From Caulobacterales bacterium (GTDB lineage Bacteria; Pseudomonadota; Alphaproteobacteria; Caulobacterales; Caulobacteraceae), in NCBI GenBank assembly GCA_038203295.1, contig JBBREC010000001.1, forward strand, positions 11,699 to 75,698: 64,000 nt of DNA, read 5' to 3'. Under the pieces are notes generated by a model, which saw only the letters and a list, made by a program, of their open reading frames with translations, was not told the DNA's origin and ran no database searches. Of this stretch, positions 1-10,589 are shown in pieces; position 1 is the first letter of the stretch, and every line of letters starts with the position of its first letter. The translations under genes were made by a program, and so were the position numbers.

Positions 1-2787
1 TCGAGCAACTCGGCCCGCGGCGACGTCAACTCGCTCAGCCTGCGGAACATCGGGTCCGGCAACACGCTGGTGCTGCTGAACGGGCGCCGCACCATCGTCC
101 ACCCGACGACCCAGGCCGAGTCGCTGGTGCCGGTGTTCACCTACAACACCAACGCCATTCCTGTGGCGGGCCTGAAGCGGGTGGAAGTGCTGCGCGACGG
201 CGCCGGGGCCATCTACGGCTCCGACGCTGTGGCCGGCGTCATCAACACCGTCCTGCAGGACCACTTCAACGGCGGAATGGTCGACGCACAATACGGCTAC
301 GCCCAGGGAACCAGCCTGCGTGAGGGTTCGCTCAACGGCCTGTTCGGCCGCGACATCCAGGAGGGCCGTGGCAATTTCACGGTGTTCGCCGGAACCACGC
401 GTCGGTCGGCGCTGCTTGCGTCCGATCAGGATCTCACCGCTTCCTCCGACGAGCGCCCGCTGTTTGCGGATACGCCGTTCTCCACAGCCACCAGCCTTGA
501 TTTCCGCAGCACCTCGTCGGCCTGGGGTGTCTTCCAGACGCCGGCCTCGTCGGGCACAATCCGGTCCAACGGCGTGGCGGTCACTGGCTCGACTGGCATT
601 TTCCACGTGGCGCCACAGACCAATCCCACGTGTGGCGTGATCACCGCGCCGGGGCTCTGCGTCGACGCCGGCTCACAGGCCAACACGACGACAGACCGCA
701 ATCTGAGGCTCGACGCCGCGTCGTTCAAGCTATCGGTGATCCCGGAGGTCGTGCGCTACAACCTCTTCAGCACCTTCAACTACGAGATCTCGCCGGACGT
801 CACCTTCTTCTCCGAGGTCGGCTACTACAACGCCAAGACCCACGGCACGGTCGTGCCGCCCGCGGTCGCCAGCTCGGCGGTGATCACCGTGCCGGCCGCG
901 GGCTACTACAACCCCTTCGGCGCAGCCCTGCTGCCGAACGGCCAGCCCAACCCCAACCGCCTGCCGGGCCTCAGCATCGGGCCGAACGGCGTACCGGTGA
1001 CGATCAACACCTACGGTTTTGTTGACGTCGGGGGGGCGCCAGTTGTCGTGACCAACAACCAGTACCGCGTGCTCGGGGGCCTGAAGGGCAAGGCGTTCGG
1101 CTTCAACTGGGAGTCGGCGGCGCTCTACACCTGGGCGACGGTAAGGGACCTGTCCTACGGCGTCAGCGCCCAGAAGGCCCAGCAGCAGGCGTCGCTGACC
1201 ACCCCCGACGCCTACAACCCCTTCAACGGCGGATCGCTGGGCAATCCAAGCCTCGGCGACCTCAAGCCCTCCAGCGCCACGGCGCTGGCGGCGATCACCG
1301 TCCCGATCCTGCGCAAGGACAAGACGACGCTTGCCCTTTGGGACTTCAAGGTGAGCCGCCCCGACCTGCTTCACATCTGGTCTGGCGACGTGGGCGTGGC
1401 TCTCGGCGTCGAGGCGCGCCACGAGACCTATACCGACGACCGTGACGGCCGGGTCGACGGCACGATCACCTATACGGACGCCGTGACGGGGACCAACTTC
1501 CCCACTGACATCGTGGGGACGAGCAACTCGCCGGACGTGCGGGGCAAGCGGACGGTGACTTCGGCTTTCGCCGAACTGCAGGTCCCGCTGATTTCGCCGG
1601 AGATGAACATTCCGCTGGTCCAGCGTGTCGACCTGCAGCTGGCCGGCCGCGCCGAGCACTACAGCGACGTCGGCAGCGTGGCGAAGCCGAAATTGGCCGG
1701 CTCCTGGGACGTCGTCCAGGGTGTCCGCTTCCGCGGCTCCTGGTCCAAGGGTTTCCGCGCCCCGAACCTTGAGCAGCTCAACGTCTCGGTGGTCAGCCGC
1801 AGCAACAACCGCACCGACTACATCTTCTGCGAGGCCGACCTCCGCGCCCGGCGGATCACCAGCTTCAACGCCTGCGCGCGCAGCCAGGCGACCCAGGCCC
1901 GCCGGGCCGGAAACCCGGATCTGGTGCCGGAGACGTCAACCTCGCTGTCCTACGGCGTGGTGCTGGAATCAGACTTCATCCCCGAACAGTTCGGCCGCGC
2001 GACGGTTACGGCCGACGTCTGGAAGATCAAGCAGCAGAACATCATCGGCCTGTTCGGCGAGGGGAACGGCCTGATTCTCGACTATTTTCAGCGACTGCAG
2101 GGCCAGACAAACCCGAACGTGCATCGCGCTGCGCCTACACCCGACCAGATCACAGCCTTCGCCGGCGCCGGCCTGACGCCGGCCGGCACGGTCTTGTTCG
2201 TCGACGACCAGTACGTCAACCAGCTGCCGCAGCAGGCGTCGGGCGTGGACGTGGGCTTCATCTACCGGCTCAACACCGACAACCTTGGCGACTTTGGCCT
2301 GGACATCAATGTCACCCACCAGACCAAGCTGTACCAACGGCCAACCACCGGCATTCAGCAGCTGCTGGCCGCCCGCACGGCCGGCCAGATCAACGCCGGC
2401 ACCATCATCACCGGCGCCGCCAACCTGATCGGCCAGAACGGCGTGCCTGGCTGGCGCGGCTCGGGCTCGCTGACCTGGCGCAAGGGTCCGGTCAGCGCGA
2501 CCTGGTTCACGGTCTACACGGGCAAGTTCTACTCCACGGCGCTGACCAACGCGGACGGCACCTTCTTCAACGTGCCGCACACCGTCACGCACAACCTCTC
2601 GGTGTCGTACGATTTCGATAACAACAACCGCTATCTGAACGGGACGCAGGTCCGGCTGGGCGCGCGCAACCTCTTCGACAAAAGCTCGCCTCTGTATCCG
2701 GGCGGCTTCGGCGGCGGCGCCTACGCGGGGTCGGTCTACAACCCCTACGGCCGCTACCTCTATGTCAACGTGAAGAAGACTTTCTGA
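1..2787 (+). CDS. TonB-dependent receptor (5' end off-window)
   Basis: Frame 1 is open from base 1 (SSNSARGDVNSLSLRNIGSGNTLVLLNGRR, a plug-domain motif), so the true start lies upstream of the window. Long beta-barrel-type sequence ending GRYLYVNVKKTF with a terminal aromatic residue. Confidence 0.9.
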   Translation, partial: SSNSARGDVNSLSLRNIGSGNTLVLLNGRRTIVHPTTQAESLVPVFTYNTNAIPVAGLKRVEVLRDGAGAIYGSDAVAGVINTVLQDHFNGGMVDAQYGYAQGTSLREGSLNGLFGRDIQEGRGNFTVFAGTTRRSALLASDQDLTASSDERPLFADTPFSTATSLDFRSTSSAWGVFQTPASSGTIRSNGVAVTGSTGIFHVAPQTNPTCGVITAPGLCVDAGSQANTTTDRNLRLDAASFKLSVIPEVVRYNLFSTFNYEISPDVTFFSEVGYYNAKTHGTVVPPAVASSAVITVPAAGYYNPFGAALLPNGQPNPNRLPGLSIGPNGVPVTINTYGFVDVGGAPVVVTNNQYRVLGGLKGKAFGFNWESAALYTWATVRDLSYGVSAQKAQQQASLTTPDAYNPFNGGSLGNPSLGDLKPSSATALAAITVPILRKDKTTLALWDFKVSRPDLLHIWSGDVGVALGVEARHETYTDDRDGRVDGTITYTDAVTGTNFPTDIVGTSNSPDVRGKRTVTSAFAELQVPLISPEMNIPLVQRVDLQLAGRAEHYSDVGSVAKPKLAGSWDVVQGVRFRGSWSKGFRAPNLEQLNVSVVSRSNNRTDYIFCEADLRARRITSFNACARSQATQARRAGNPDLVPETSTSLSYGVVLESDFIPEQFGRATVTADVWKIKQQNIIGLFGEGNGLILDYFQRLQGQTNPNVHRAAPTPDQITAFAGAGLTPAGTVLFVDDQYVNQLPQQASGVDVGFIYRLNTDNLGDFGLDINVTHQTKLYQRPTTGIQQLLAARTAGQINAGTIITGAANLIGQNGVPGWRGSGSLTWRKGPVSATWFTVYTGKFYSTALTNADGTFFNVPHTVTHNLSVSYDFDNNNRYLNGTQVRLGARNLFDKSSPLYPGGFGGGAYAGSVYNPYGRYLYVNVKKTF

Positions 2788-2845
2788 CGAAAGACCCGCG
2801 GGCCTTCCGCTTTGGCGGGGGGCTTCTTCCCTTCTGGAGACGACC

Positions 2846-4609
2846 ATGGCCTTGCGTCCCACCGGCTTGAAGCTTGCGCGCGCAGCGCTGGGCGGCGCCC
2901 TGGCATTCACACTGGCCGTCAGCTTGCCGCTCTCCGCCCTGGCGCAGGACGAACCGCCGGCCACCATTGCCAGCGGCGGCGACCTGATCGGTTACAATTC
3001 CATTCACCACCCGACCATCGGTCGCGACGGCATGGTGGTGTCGCAGAACAAGATCGCCGCACGGATCGGCGCCGACATCCTGCGCAAGGGCGGCAACGCC
3101 GTGGATGCCGCGGTGGCGGTGGCCATCGCCGAGACGCTCACCCTGCCGCGCGCCGGCAATATCGGCGGCGGCGGCTACATGCTGATCTACAACGCCGCCG
3201 ACAAGTCGACGACGGCGATCGAGTATTATGGCCAGGCCCCGATGGGCGTGAAGCCGGACCTCCTGCTGGATGCAACCGGCAAGTTCGACCGCAGCAAGAT
3301 GCTGTCGTTCAAGGGCGTCACGGTCCCCGGCACCGTCGCCGGCCTGTACGAGGCCCACAAGCGCTTCGGCAAGCTGGCGTGGGCGCAGCTGATCCAGCCC
3401 ACCATCGACATGGCGACCAAGGGCATCGTCATGAGCGACGACGAAGCCATCGCGCTCGCCGCCCGCAAGGGCCAGATGGCCAAGGATCCGGGCGGCGGGG
3501 CGTCGAGGCTCTATTTCAAGAAGGACGGATCGGCCTACCGGCCCGGCGACATCTTCAGGAACCCCGAACTTGCGGCGACCCTGAAGCAGATCCAGGCGCA
3601 CGGCGCGGACGGCTTCTACAAGGGTCCCGTCGCCCAGAAGATCGTGGCCGCCATGCAGGCCAACGGCGGCGTCCTCACCCTGGAGGACCTGGCGGCTTAC
3701 AGGGCCAACGTTCTGCCGCCCATCTGGTCGAGCTACCGCGGTTACAGGATCGCCTACATGCCGCCGACCTCGGCCGCCTCCAGCGTCGCCGAGGCAATGA
3801 ACATCATCGAGAACTTTCCGATGGAGTCCTATGGCCAGGGCAACGTTGCCTCGATGCACCTGATCGCCGAGGCGCTGAAGATCGTCACGGTCGACCGGCG
3901 CTACTCCGGCGGCACGCCGCAATGGCACACGCCGGCCCAGGGCATGGCGTCCAAGGAGTTTGCGAAGGAACGCGCCAAGCTGATCTCGATGGACCGGTCG
4001 CTGGACGGCAAGACCCTGCCGCCGCTCGATCCCACGCCCTACGAGAGCAAGGACACCACCCACCTGGCCGTCGCCGACAGGTTCGGGAACGTGGTGTCGA
4101 ACACCTACACGCTCTCCGACAGCTTCGGGGCGCACGTGGTCGCGCCGGGCACAGGCTTTCTGCTGAACAATTCGCTCGGCAACTTCGACTGGGGCTCGCG
4201 CTCATCCAGCCTCGGCAACAGGATCGCACCCGGCAAGCGGGCGCAGTCGACGATCTCGCCGGTCATCGTGTTCAAGGACGGCAAGCCCTGGGTCGCCACC
4301 GGTACGCCGGGCGGCGGCACCATCCTGGCCACCATGGTGCAGATGCTGGTCAACATCATCGACTTCAAGCTGAACATCGCCGAGGCAGCCGAGCGGCCGC
4401 GCGTCTATCAAGCCGGCGCCGACGGACCGCTGCAGATTGAAGAGGCGATCCCACAGGACCTGGTCGCCGGCCTCGAGGCCAGGGGCCACAAGGTCGAGCG
4501 CTCGCAGATCATCGGCTCGACCCAGTCGATCATGATCGGCCCCGACGGCGTCTTCTATGGCGCCGCCGACACCCGCCGTCCTGACGCGGAAGCCGCGCCG
4601 GTGCGCTAG
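2846..4609 (+). CDS. ggt: gamma-glutamyltranspeptidase
   Basis: Signal peptide ending LSALAQ, GGGGYMLIY motif, autoprocessing/nucleophile region KDTTHLAVADRFGNVVSNTYTLSDSFG, and GTPGGGTI. Length of 587 aa is typical. Confidence 0.93.
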   Translation: MALRPTGLKLARAALGGALAFTLAVSLPLSALAQDEPPATIASGGDLIGYNSIHHPTIGRDGMVVSQNKIAARIGADILRKGGNAVDAAVAVAIAETLTLPRAGNIGGGGYMLIYNAADKSTTAIEYYGQAPMGVKPDLLLDATGKFDRSKMLSFKGVTVPGTVAGLYEAHKRFGKLAWAQLIQPTIDMATKGIVMSDDEAIALAARKGQMAKDPGGGASRLYFKKDGSAYRPGDIFRNPELAATLKQIQAHGADGFYKGPVAQKIVAAMQANGGVLTLEDLAAYRANVLPPIWSSYRGYRIAYMPPTSAASSVAEAMNIIENFPMESYGQGNVASMHLIAEALKIVTVDRRYSGGTPQWHTPAQGMASKEFAKERAKLISMDRSLDGKTLPPLDPTPYESKDTTHLAVADRFGNVVSNTYTLSDSFGAHVVAPGTGFLLNNSLGNFDWGSRSSSLGNRIAPGKRAQSTISPVIVFKDGKPWVATGTPGGGTILATMVQMLVNIIDFKLNIAEAAERPRVYQAGADGPLQIEEAIPQDLVAGLEARGHKVERSQIIGSTQSIMIGPDGVFYGAADTRRPDAEAAPVR

Positions 4610-4642
4610 GGCCCGGCCAGGATCGCGCCCGAGCGGCTGCGA

Positions 4643-5293
4643 TCAGCGCCCCGGCGGGCGCGGGGCGCCGAGAAAATCCTGCGCGCTGAACTCCTTTGGG
4701 GCCGCGACCTCGACGATCGGCTCCTCGCGGTTGTCGTATTCCATCCGCAGCGCACGGGTGATCACCGCATGCATGGCGTAGAGGGTGGTGATGTAGGTGA
4801 ACTCGAAGATCTGCTCGTCACTCCAGAAGGTCTTGAGCTTGTCGAACACCTCGATCGGCGTGCGCCCGTCGCCGGCGGTCAGGCAGTCGGCGTAGGCCAG
4901 CACCGCGCGCTCCCGGTCGTTGAACAGGTCCGACACCGCCCAGTGTGGAATGGCGGCGATCTTGTCGTCGGAGACGCCAAGCCCGCGCAGGGATTTGCAG
5001 TGCTGGGAGAACACGAACTGGCTCTCCTTCACCCAGCCGGCGCGGGTCTGGCCGAGCTCGCGCAGCACCGGATCGATCTTGGGGTCGGGGTGGCGATAGA
5101 CCGCGAAGCCGTCGACGGCGTGCTTGAAGATGTCCGGGGCGAGCGCGAACACAGTCCACCAGTCACCGGGCGTGCCGGTGGCGGTGCCGGGGCTGGCCAC
5201 TGGATCACGGTCCGGCCCGAACAGGCGGTCGTAATAGGCGGTGATCACCTCGTTGGTGACTTCGGAACGCGGAACCTGGCGAAGAACGGGCAT
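4643..5293 (-). CDS. carboxymuconolactone decarboxylase (AhpD-like) family protein
   Basis: 216 aa with family-level resemblance over the whole length (...ESQFVFSQHCKSLRGLG...DRERAVLAYADCLT...). Function not assignable. Confidence 0.7.
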   Translation of the reverse strand: MPVLRQVPRSEVTNEVITAYYDRLFGPDRDPVASPGTATGTPGDWWTVFALAPDIFKHAVDGFAVYRHPDPKIDPVLRELGQTRAGWVKESQFVFSQHCKSLRGLGVSDDKIAAIPHWAVSDLFNDRERAVLAYADCLTAGDGRTPIEVFDKLKTFWSDEQIFEFTYITTLYAMHAVITRALRMEYDNREEPIVEVAAPKEFSAQDFLGAPRPPGR

Positions 5294-5304
5294 GGTGTTG
5301 GACC

Positions 5305-5400
5305 TCAGGCGAATTTTCGGAATTCAGCGACGCCGGCCGAGTCGAAGTACTCGTCCAGGCGGGTGATCTTGCCGTCCTTTAGCGCGTGGCCGTTGCGGGC
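5305..5400 (-). pseudogene. possible C-terminal remnant of an NTF2/SnoaL-like protein
   Basis: Only the tail GHALKDGKITRLDEYFDSAGVAEFRKFA looks like an NTF2-fold C-terminus. The stop lies 11 nt before the CMD start, an operonic position. No frame upstream (5401-5662) gives a plausible N-terminal part. Confidence 0.3.
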
Positions 5401-5662
5401 GGGGCCCTCGGCGCGAACCCTGCCATGTTTTTGAGCATCTGGGCGCCCAGTACAGCTCTTGGATGGAGGCTTGGGGGGCCCGGCCACAGGGTCCATCGGT
5501 TCAACGGCACAGGCGACACGAGCCTAACTGCATCGCGGACGGCCCGCTCGGCCCCTCAGCCGGGGATGACAGACTTCATTTCACCACACAGGGTTGGGAC
5601 CGTCGGCATAAGGGAGTCGTAGGGTGCAGGAGGCGCGACGCCCGCCGCACACGCCGGCGCCG

Positions 5663-6760
5663 TCAGGTGAGCCAGATCACCCCGGCGAGGACGAGGCCGC
5701 CGATCCAGAGGGTCTCGGCGACCATAACCGCCACCGGCCGCCAGCCCGCGGCGATCAGGGCCTTGAAGGTGGTTTTCATGCCCAGCGCCGCGATGGCCAC
5801 CACCAGGCACCAGCGGGAAAGCTCGTTTGCCGCGGCGACAGCGGGTTTCGGCAGGAAGCCCAGGCTATTTATCGCCACCAGGGCCGCGAACCCCAGCAGG
5901 AACATCGGGATCGGCACTTTGGCGGCGGGCTGGCCGGCCCTGCCGCGCGACATGATGAAGGCGATCGACAGCACCACCGGCAGCAGCATCGCCACCCTGA
6001 GCAGCTTGACGTAGGTGGCCACGTCGCCGGTCTGCGGCGAGATCATATAACCGGCCCCCACCACCTGGGCGACGTCGTGGATCGTGCCGCCGAGGAAGAG
6101 GCCGGCCCGCTGGTGATCGAGGCCGAGCGCCGTCACCAGCATCGGGTAGAGGATCATCGCGATGGTCGAGAGCGTGGTGACCACCACCACGGCCAGGATC
6201 ACGTCGCGCTCGGTGTCCTTCGTCTTCGGCAGCACCGAGGCGATAGCGAGCGCCGCCGAGGCGCCGCAGATGCCGACCGACCCGCCCGACAGCAGGCCGA
6301 ACTCACGGCTCAGGCCCAGCATCCGCGCCAGCAGGTAGCCGACGCTGATCGTTGTGACGATCCCCACCACCACCAGCGCGATCGGCATGACCCCCAGGTC
6401 GGCCATCTGCGCCACGGTGATCCGCGCGCCCAGCAGGGCGACGCCGGTCCGCAGCACCGCCTTGGACGCAAACTCGATGCCGGGGATGCAGCGGCCTTCC
6501 TCGTGCAGGAAGTGGAAGGTCATGCCGAACAAGAGCGCGAACAGCATCACCGGGGCGGCGTAATGCTGCGACAGCCAGGTCGCCGCCAGCGCGATGGTCA
6601 GCGCCGCCAGCACCCCCGGATAGACCCTGAGCGCGAAAGCCTGGGCCGTCAGCCTGGGCCGAACCGAGACGGCCGGAAGCCCTTCCATCCCGTCGAACGA
6701 CTGGAACATCTCATGGGCCGCCGCGGCGTCCGTATCGATATCCCTGATGCCGCTCGTCAC
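5663..6760 (-). CDS. YeiH/UPF0324 family putative sulfate exporter-type membrane protein
   Basis: Polytopic membrane protein with ...LLFGMTFHFL...KAVLRTGVALLGARITVAQM... typical of the YeiH family. Confidence 0.82.
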   Translation of the reverse strand: MTSGIRDIDTDAAAAHEMFQSFDGMEGLPAVSVRPRLTAQAFALRVYPGVLAALTIALAATWLSQHYAAPVMLFALLFGMTFHFLHEEGRCIPGIEFASKAVLRTGVALLGARITVAQMADLGVMPIALVVVGIVTTISVGYLLARMLGLSREFGLLSGGSVGICGASAALAIASVLPKTKDTERDVILAVVVVTTLSTIAMILYPMLVTALGLDHQRAGLFLGGTIHDVAQVVGAGYMISPQTGDVATYVKLLRVAMLLPVVLSIAFIMSRGRAGQPAAKVPIPMFLLGFAALVAINSLGFLPKPAVAAANELSRWCLVVAIAALGMKTTFKALIAAGWRPVAVMVAETLWIGGLVLAGVIWLT

Positions 6761-6840
6761 GATGAGATCATGCCTTGCTGTGGGGTTGATGGGATGTCCC
6801 CGCCGGCCCCAGGCCGACGGGGATCGCCCGTTCCGTTTGT

Positions 6841-9087
6841 CTAGAACTTCAAGTTGCCGGTGATGCCGAAGTAGCGGTCGGCCTCGCGGGGGATCAGGTA
6901 GCGATAGCTGCCGCCGGGTCCGCCGCTGGTGATCGCCGAGGCGAAGCTGTTGTCGAACAGGTTCTTGACCTGGACTGTGACCCGATAGCGGTCGTTCGGA
7001 TCGACGATGCCGGCGGACAGGTCAACCAGGCTGTAGCCGTCGATCTTCGTGTTGATCCGGTTGGCGAGCACGGCGTCCGGCTGGCTGATCTGGCTGGACT
7101 GGAACGAGGCCTGGCCGCCCAGCGACACGTCCACGACCTTGCCGGTGCGGATACGGTAGTCGACGCCCAGCGAGCCTTTCCACTTCGGCGCATAGGCCAA
7201 AGTCGTGCCCGAGGGGATAACGCCGGTGTTGTTGCCGTTGGTGGGGATCTTGAACTTCTCGACCTTGGCGTCGGTATAGGCCAGGCCGCCGGAGATGTTC
7301 ATGTCGGCCATCGGCCGGAAAATCAGGTCGAGTTCGCCGCCGCGAGTGGAGATCGTGCCGGCGTTGGTGAAGCGGGTCACCAGCACCCCGGCCACCGTGT
7401 CGGGGTTGTTGGCCTGGAAGTTATGGTACTTCGCGTAATAGGCCGCGAGGTTGAGGATCAGGCGGTTTTCGAAGAGCGTGTTCTTTAGGCCCACTTCGTA
7501 GCTGTCGGCGGTTTCCGGCTCGATGATATTCGTGCCGGTCGCGGTCAGGTTGAAGAAGACGTTATAGGCCGGGCCTTTGTAGCCGCGCGAGTAGGTCGCG
7601 TAGAGGGTCGACTCCGGGACGATATCGAACTGCGCCCCGGCCTTGCCCGACCAGTTGTCGTTGGAGGTGCTGCTGGCGAACGGCCCGAAGCTCGGCTGGA
7701 TGCCGGGGCCCGCGAGCGTCGTGGTGCGCGAATGGAAGACCGCCAGCTTGTCGGCGGTGTAGCGCAGGCCCGCGATCAGGCGGAACCGCTCGCTGATGTT
7801 GACCGTGCCCTGACCGAAGACCGCGAAGTTCTTGAAGGTCGAGCCAAAGTCGGCCGTGCCGGCGGGCGTTGTGATGACAGCGCCTGCGGCGGTGCAGGGG
7901 GTTAGCACCGTGGGCGCCGGCGACAGGGTGCAGACGATGTCGTTACGAGTGAAGATCCGCTCGGTATGGGCGCGCGAGTAATAGGCGCCGGCGACGTAGG
8001 TGAAGAACTGGTTGGTCGGCGAGGCGACACGTACTTCTTGGGTGAGTGTGTTGCTGGTCTGCGGGCCGCGGTCGTGCAGCTGGTTGAGCCCCACATAGGC
8101 GCGCGGCAGCCAGTCGCCGTCGCGGATCTCGGTGTTGTCGTACTCGCGATAAGAGCCCACGTAGGTGAAGGTGTAGTCCCCTCGCGTCCAGTCGGCCTGC
8201 AGCGAGAGTCCGCCGCTTTTTTCGATGGTCGAGGTGACCAGGTCCTGGTTGACCTCGCGCGTCTTGTCGCCACGCGGCGTCGGCAGGGCGCCGGCGGCGA
8301 GGTTGGTGGGCAGGGTCCCGATCAACTCGGCGCAGCAGTCGTCATCGCTTTTGCGGTAGTCCGCGATGACTGTGAGCTGCAGGTCGGGGGTCGGGTCCGC
8401 CACCAAGATGCCACGCACACCGTAGTGCTCATAGCCGTTGACCCGCTTGCCGTTGGCGAGATTGCGGATGTTGCCGTCGTACCGGCCATAGAAGGCGGTG
8501 ACGCGGCTCTTGACGTTGTCGGCCAGGGGCAGGTCGACAGCGCCGCGCAGGCGGTACTCGTTGCCGTGCGTGTAGAAGCCGCCTTCGAGGAAGCCGCCCA
8601 TCACGTCGCCCGGACGCTTGGTGACGATGTTGATCACGCCGGCCGAGGTGTTCTTGCCGAACAGCGTGCCCTGCGGACCGCGGAGCACTTCCAGCCGGTC
8701 GATGTCGACCAGGTCGCTGAACGCCTCGCCGGCGCGGCTGTAGACGACACCATCCACCACCGTGGAGATCGAAGGCTCGCCGGCGATCGAGAAGGTCGAG
8801 GTGCCCACGCCGCGCAGGAACAGCGACTGGTTGATCGTGGTGCCCGACTTGCGGAAGTTGAGCGAGGGCACGAGGTACTGCGCGCCCTCGAGATTGACCG
8901 CGCCCTTGGCGGCGATCATCTCGCCGGATACCACCGAGACGGCCACCGGCACGTCCTGCAGTTTTTCCGACCGCTTCTGGGCGGTGACGACGATCTCGCT
9001 GAGATCGGCCGTCTCGGCCGCGCGGGCCGCCTGGGTCGACATCATCGCCAGGGCGCTGGCGCCGACGATCAAGAGTTTCCTGCTCAT
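6841..9087 (-). CDS. TonB-dependent receptor
   Basis: Signal peptide (MSTQAARA), TonB-box/plug start LSEIVVTAQKRSEKLQDVPVAVSVVSG, barrel sequence, and C-terminal YFGITGNLKF. Confidence 0.93.
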   Translation of the reverse strand: MSRKLLIVGASALAMMSTQAARAAETADLSEIVVTAQKRSEKLQDVPVAVSVVSGEMIAAKGAVNLEGAQYLVPSLNFRKSGTTINQSLFLRGVGTSTFSIAGEPSISTVVDGVVYSRAGEAFSDLVDIDRLEVLRGPQGTLFGKNTSAGVINIVTKRPGDVMGGFLEGGFYTHGNEYRLRGAVDLPLADNVKSRVTAFYGRYDGNIRNLANGKRVNGYEHYGVRGILVADPTPDLQLTVIADYRKSDDDCCAELIGTLPTNLAAGALPTPRGDKTREVNQDLVTSTIEKSGGLSLQADWTRGDYTFTYVGSYREYDNTEIRDGDWLPRAYVGLNQLHDRGPQTSNTLTQEVRVASPTNQFFTYVAGAYYSRAHTERIFTRNDIVCTLSPAPTVLTPCTAAGAVITTPAGTADFGSTFKNFAVFGQGTVNISERFRLIAGLRYTADKLAVFHSRTTTLAGPGIQPSFGPFASSTSNDNWSGKAGAQFDIVPESTLYATYSRGYKGPAYNVFFNLTATGTNIIEPETADSYEVGLKNTLFENRLILNLAAYYAKYHNFQANNPDTVAGVLVTRFTNAGTISTRGGELDLIFRPMADMNISGGLAYTDAKVEKFKIPTNGNNTGVIPSGTTLAYAPKWKGSLGVDYRIRTGKVVDVSLGGQASFQSSQISQPDAVLANRINTKIDGYSLVDLSAGIVDPNDRYRVTVQVKNLFDNSFASAITSGGPGGSYRYLIPREADRYFGITGNLKF

Positions 9088-9174
9088 ATTTCCCCCTGTT
9101 GATTTCCGGCCTCAGGATTCGGTCCCGGGATAGGGACGCCCAAGCCGACCATTGGTGTACGCAATTGAATTCGC

Positions 9175-10263
9175 TTAGAACCCGAGCTCCTGAAGGGTCA
9201 CCACGCGGCGTTCGCGCGCGCTGATCTCAGCGGCCGTGCCGATGGCCACGGCCATCAGTCCATCGCGGGCGGTCACCTCGACGGCGCCGACGCCCCGGAC
9301 CGCGGCGTTGAACTTCTGGTGCTGGTAGAAGGTTGAGCCGTGGTGGCTGCCGGCGTTCAGCGCCGTGGGATCGACCCCGACCGTGCGCCGCTCGACCTGC
9401 TTTGGATTGCGGAAGCCGACGCGAGGCGAATAGACGATCTCGCCCGAGGGGATCAGCACGTCGAGGCGCGCCGCGTCGCCGACGGCGGTAATCTCTTCCT
9501 GGTTCTCCGCCCCGTCGGCGAACATCGACAGGTCCAGCATGGCCCGCACGCCATTGGCGAAATCGACGGTCGTGTAGCTGTTGTCGATGATGTCAGGCCG
9601 CTGGCCATCGTAGCGCTCGTCGAGGTGGTTCACGTCCATGGCGCCGGAGCAGTAGACCCGCACGGCCTCGGAGCGGGTGATCAGCCGCATAAGGTCGAAG
9701 AAGTGGCAGCACTTTTCGACCATGGTCCCGCCGCTGTTGCGGCTGAACCGGTTCCAGTCGCCGACCTTTTCAAGGAAGGGGAAGCGATGCTCGCGGATCG
9801 ACAGCATGCGCAGCTGGCCCACCCGGCCGCCGTGGACCTCGTCGATGAACTCGGCCGCCGGCGGCATATAGCGGTATTCCATGGCCGTCCAGAACGGCGC
9901 GCCGGACTTCGCGGCGTGATCGACGACCCAGCGGGCGTCGTCAAGCCTGGTGGCCAGCGGCTTTTCGCAGAGGATCGGCAGGCCGGCGTCGAACAGCGGC
10001 TCGAGCACCTTTCGATGCGTGAAGTTCGGGCTGGCCACGATGACCGCGTCGACGAGACCGCTGCGGGCCAGGGCCGCGCCGTCGGCAAACGCCTGGACGC
10101 CTTCGGCCGCCGCGCCCAGGGCCTTGCGGGCCCAGCCCAGCGAGGTCTCCACCGGATCGGCAAGCGCCGTCACCACCGCGCCAGGGGTCACGGCGAGGTT
10201 GTTGATGTGCTCAACCCCCATCATGCCCGTGCCCACCAGGCCGTAGCGCACCGTATCCGACAA
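9175..10263 (-). CDS. Gfo/Idh/MocA family oxidoreductase
   Basis: Rossmann start VRYGLVGTGMMGVEHINN, and EKPLA and GGTMVEKCCHFFDL motifs. The start is probably TTG at 10263 (GGAGGA 5-6 nt upstream) or GTG at 10251. The ORF-track start at 10341 adds a non-homologous extension. Confidence 0.85.
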   Translation of the reverse strand: MSDTVRYGLVGTGMMGVEHINNLAVTPGAVVTALADPVETSLGWARKALGAAAEGVQAFADGAALARSGLVDAVIVASPNFTHRKVLEPLFDAGLPILCEKPLATRLDDARWVVDHAAKSGAPFWTAMEYRYMPPAAEFIDEVHGGRVGQLRMLSIREHRFPFLEKVGDWNRFSRNSGGTMVEKCCHFFDLMRLITRSEAVRVYCSGAMDVNHLDERYDGQRPDIIDNSYTTVDFANGVRAMLDLSMFADGAENQEEITAVGDAARLDVLIPSGEIVYSPRVGFRNPKQVERRTVGVDPTALNAGSHHGSTFYQHQKFNAAVRGVGAVEVTARDGLMAVAIGTAAEISARERRVVTLQELGF

Positions 10264-10284
10264 ATTTTCCTCCGCGAGCGTCTT

Positions 10285-10300
10285 ATGACAGCGCTGACTT
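10285..10300. promoter_or_regulatory. LacI/GalR-type operator candidate (ATGACAGCGCTGACTT)
   Basis: Imperfect 16-bp palindrome with a central AGCGCT, located in the divergent Gfo-oxidoreductase/MFS intergenic region. 17 of 22 positions match the second site at 14030-14045 when flanks are included. Confidence 0.45.
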
Positions 10301-10589
10301 ATCCGAGCTTTCCCCCGAAGGCCGGCGGCGGGCAAGTCCAAAGTCGGTGCGGAGACTGTTTGAAAGCCTCACTGTGGCTTCGCGGCAATTGGCACGTTCC
10401 GATCAAGCCTCCGTTTTCATATGGAGAATCGTTTTTCCCGGCTCCGGCGCGGCGCATAGAGCGCGTCCGGCCCTGATGTCCCATCCGCGGTCCGCGGGAT
10501 TTGCTTTGCCACGCCGACTCTGACGTCGTTATGTCTCATTGGGCGGGGCTGGACAGCCGTCGTGAACCGGAGGGAGGCGCAACTTCCCC

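Noticed and set aside
9088-9174. Possible riboswitch (for example cobalamin) upstream of the TonB-dependent receptor at 6841-9087
   Set aside because: Only 87 nt separate it from the preceding gene, too short for a B12 or TPP element. I see no B12-box-like sequence or extended pairing, and the gene is probably co-transcribed with the Gfo oxidoreductase.
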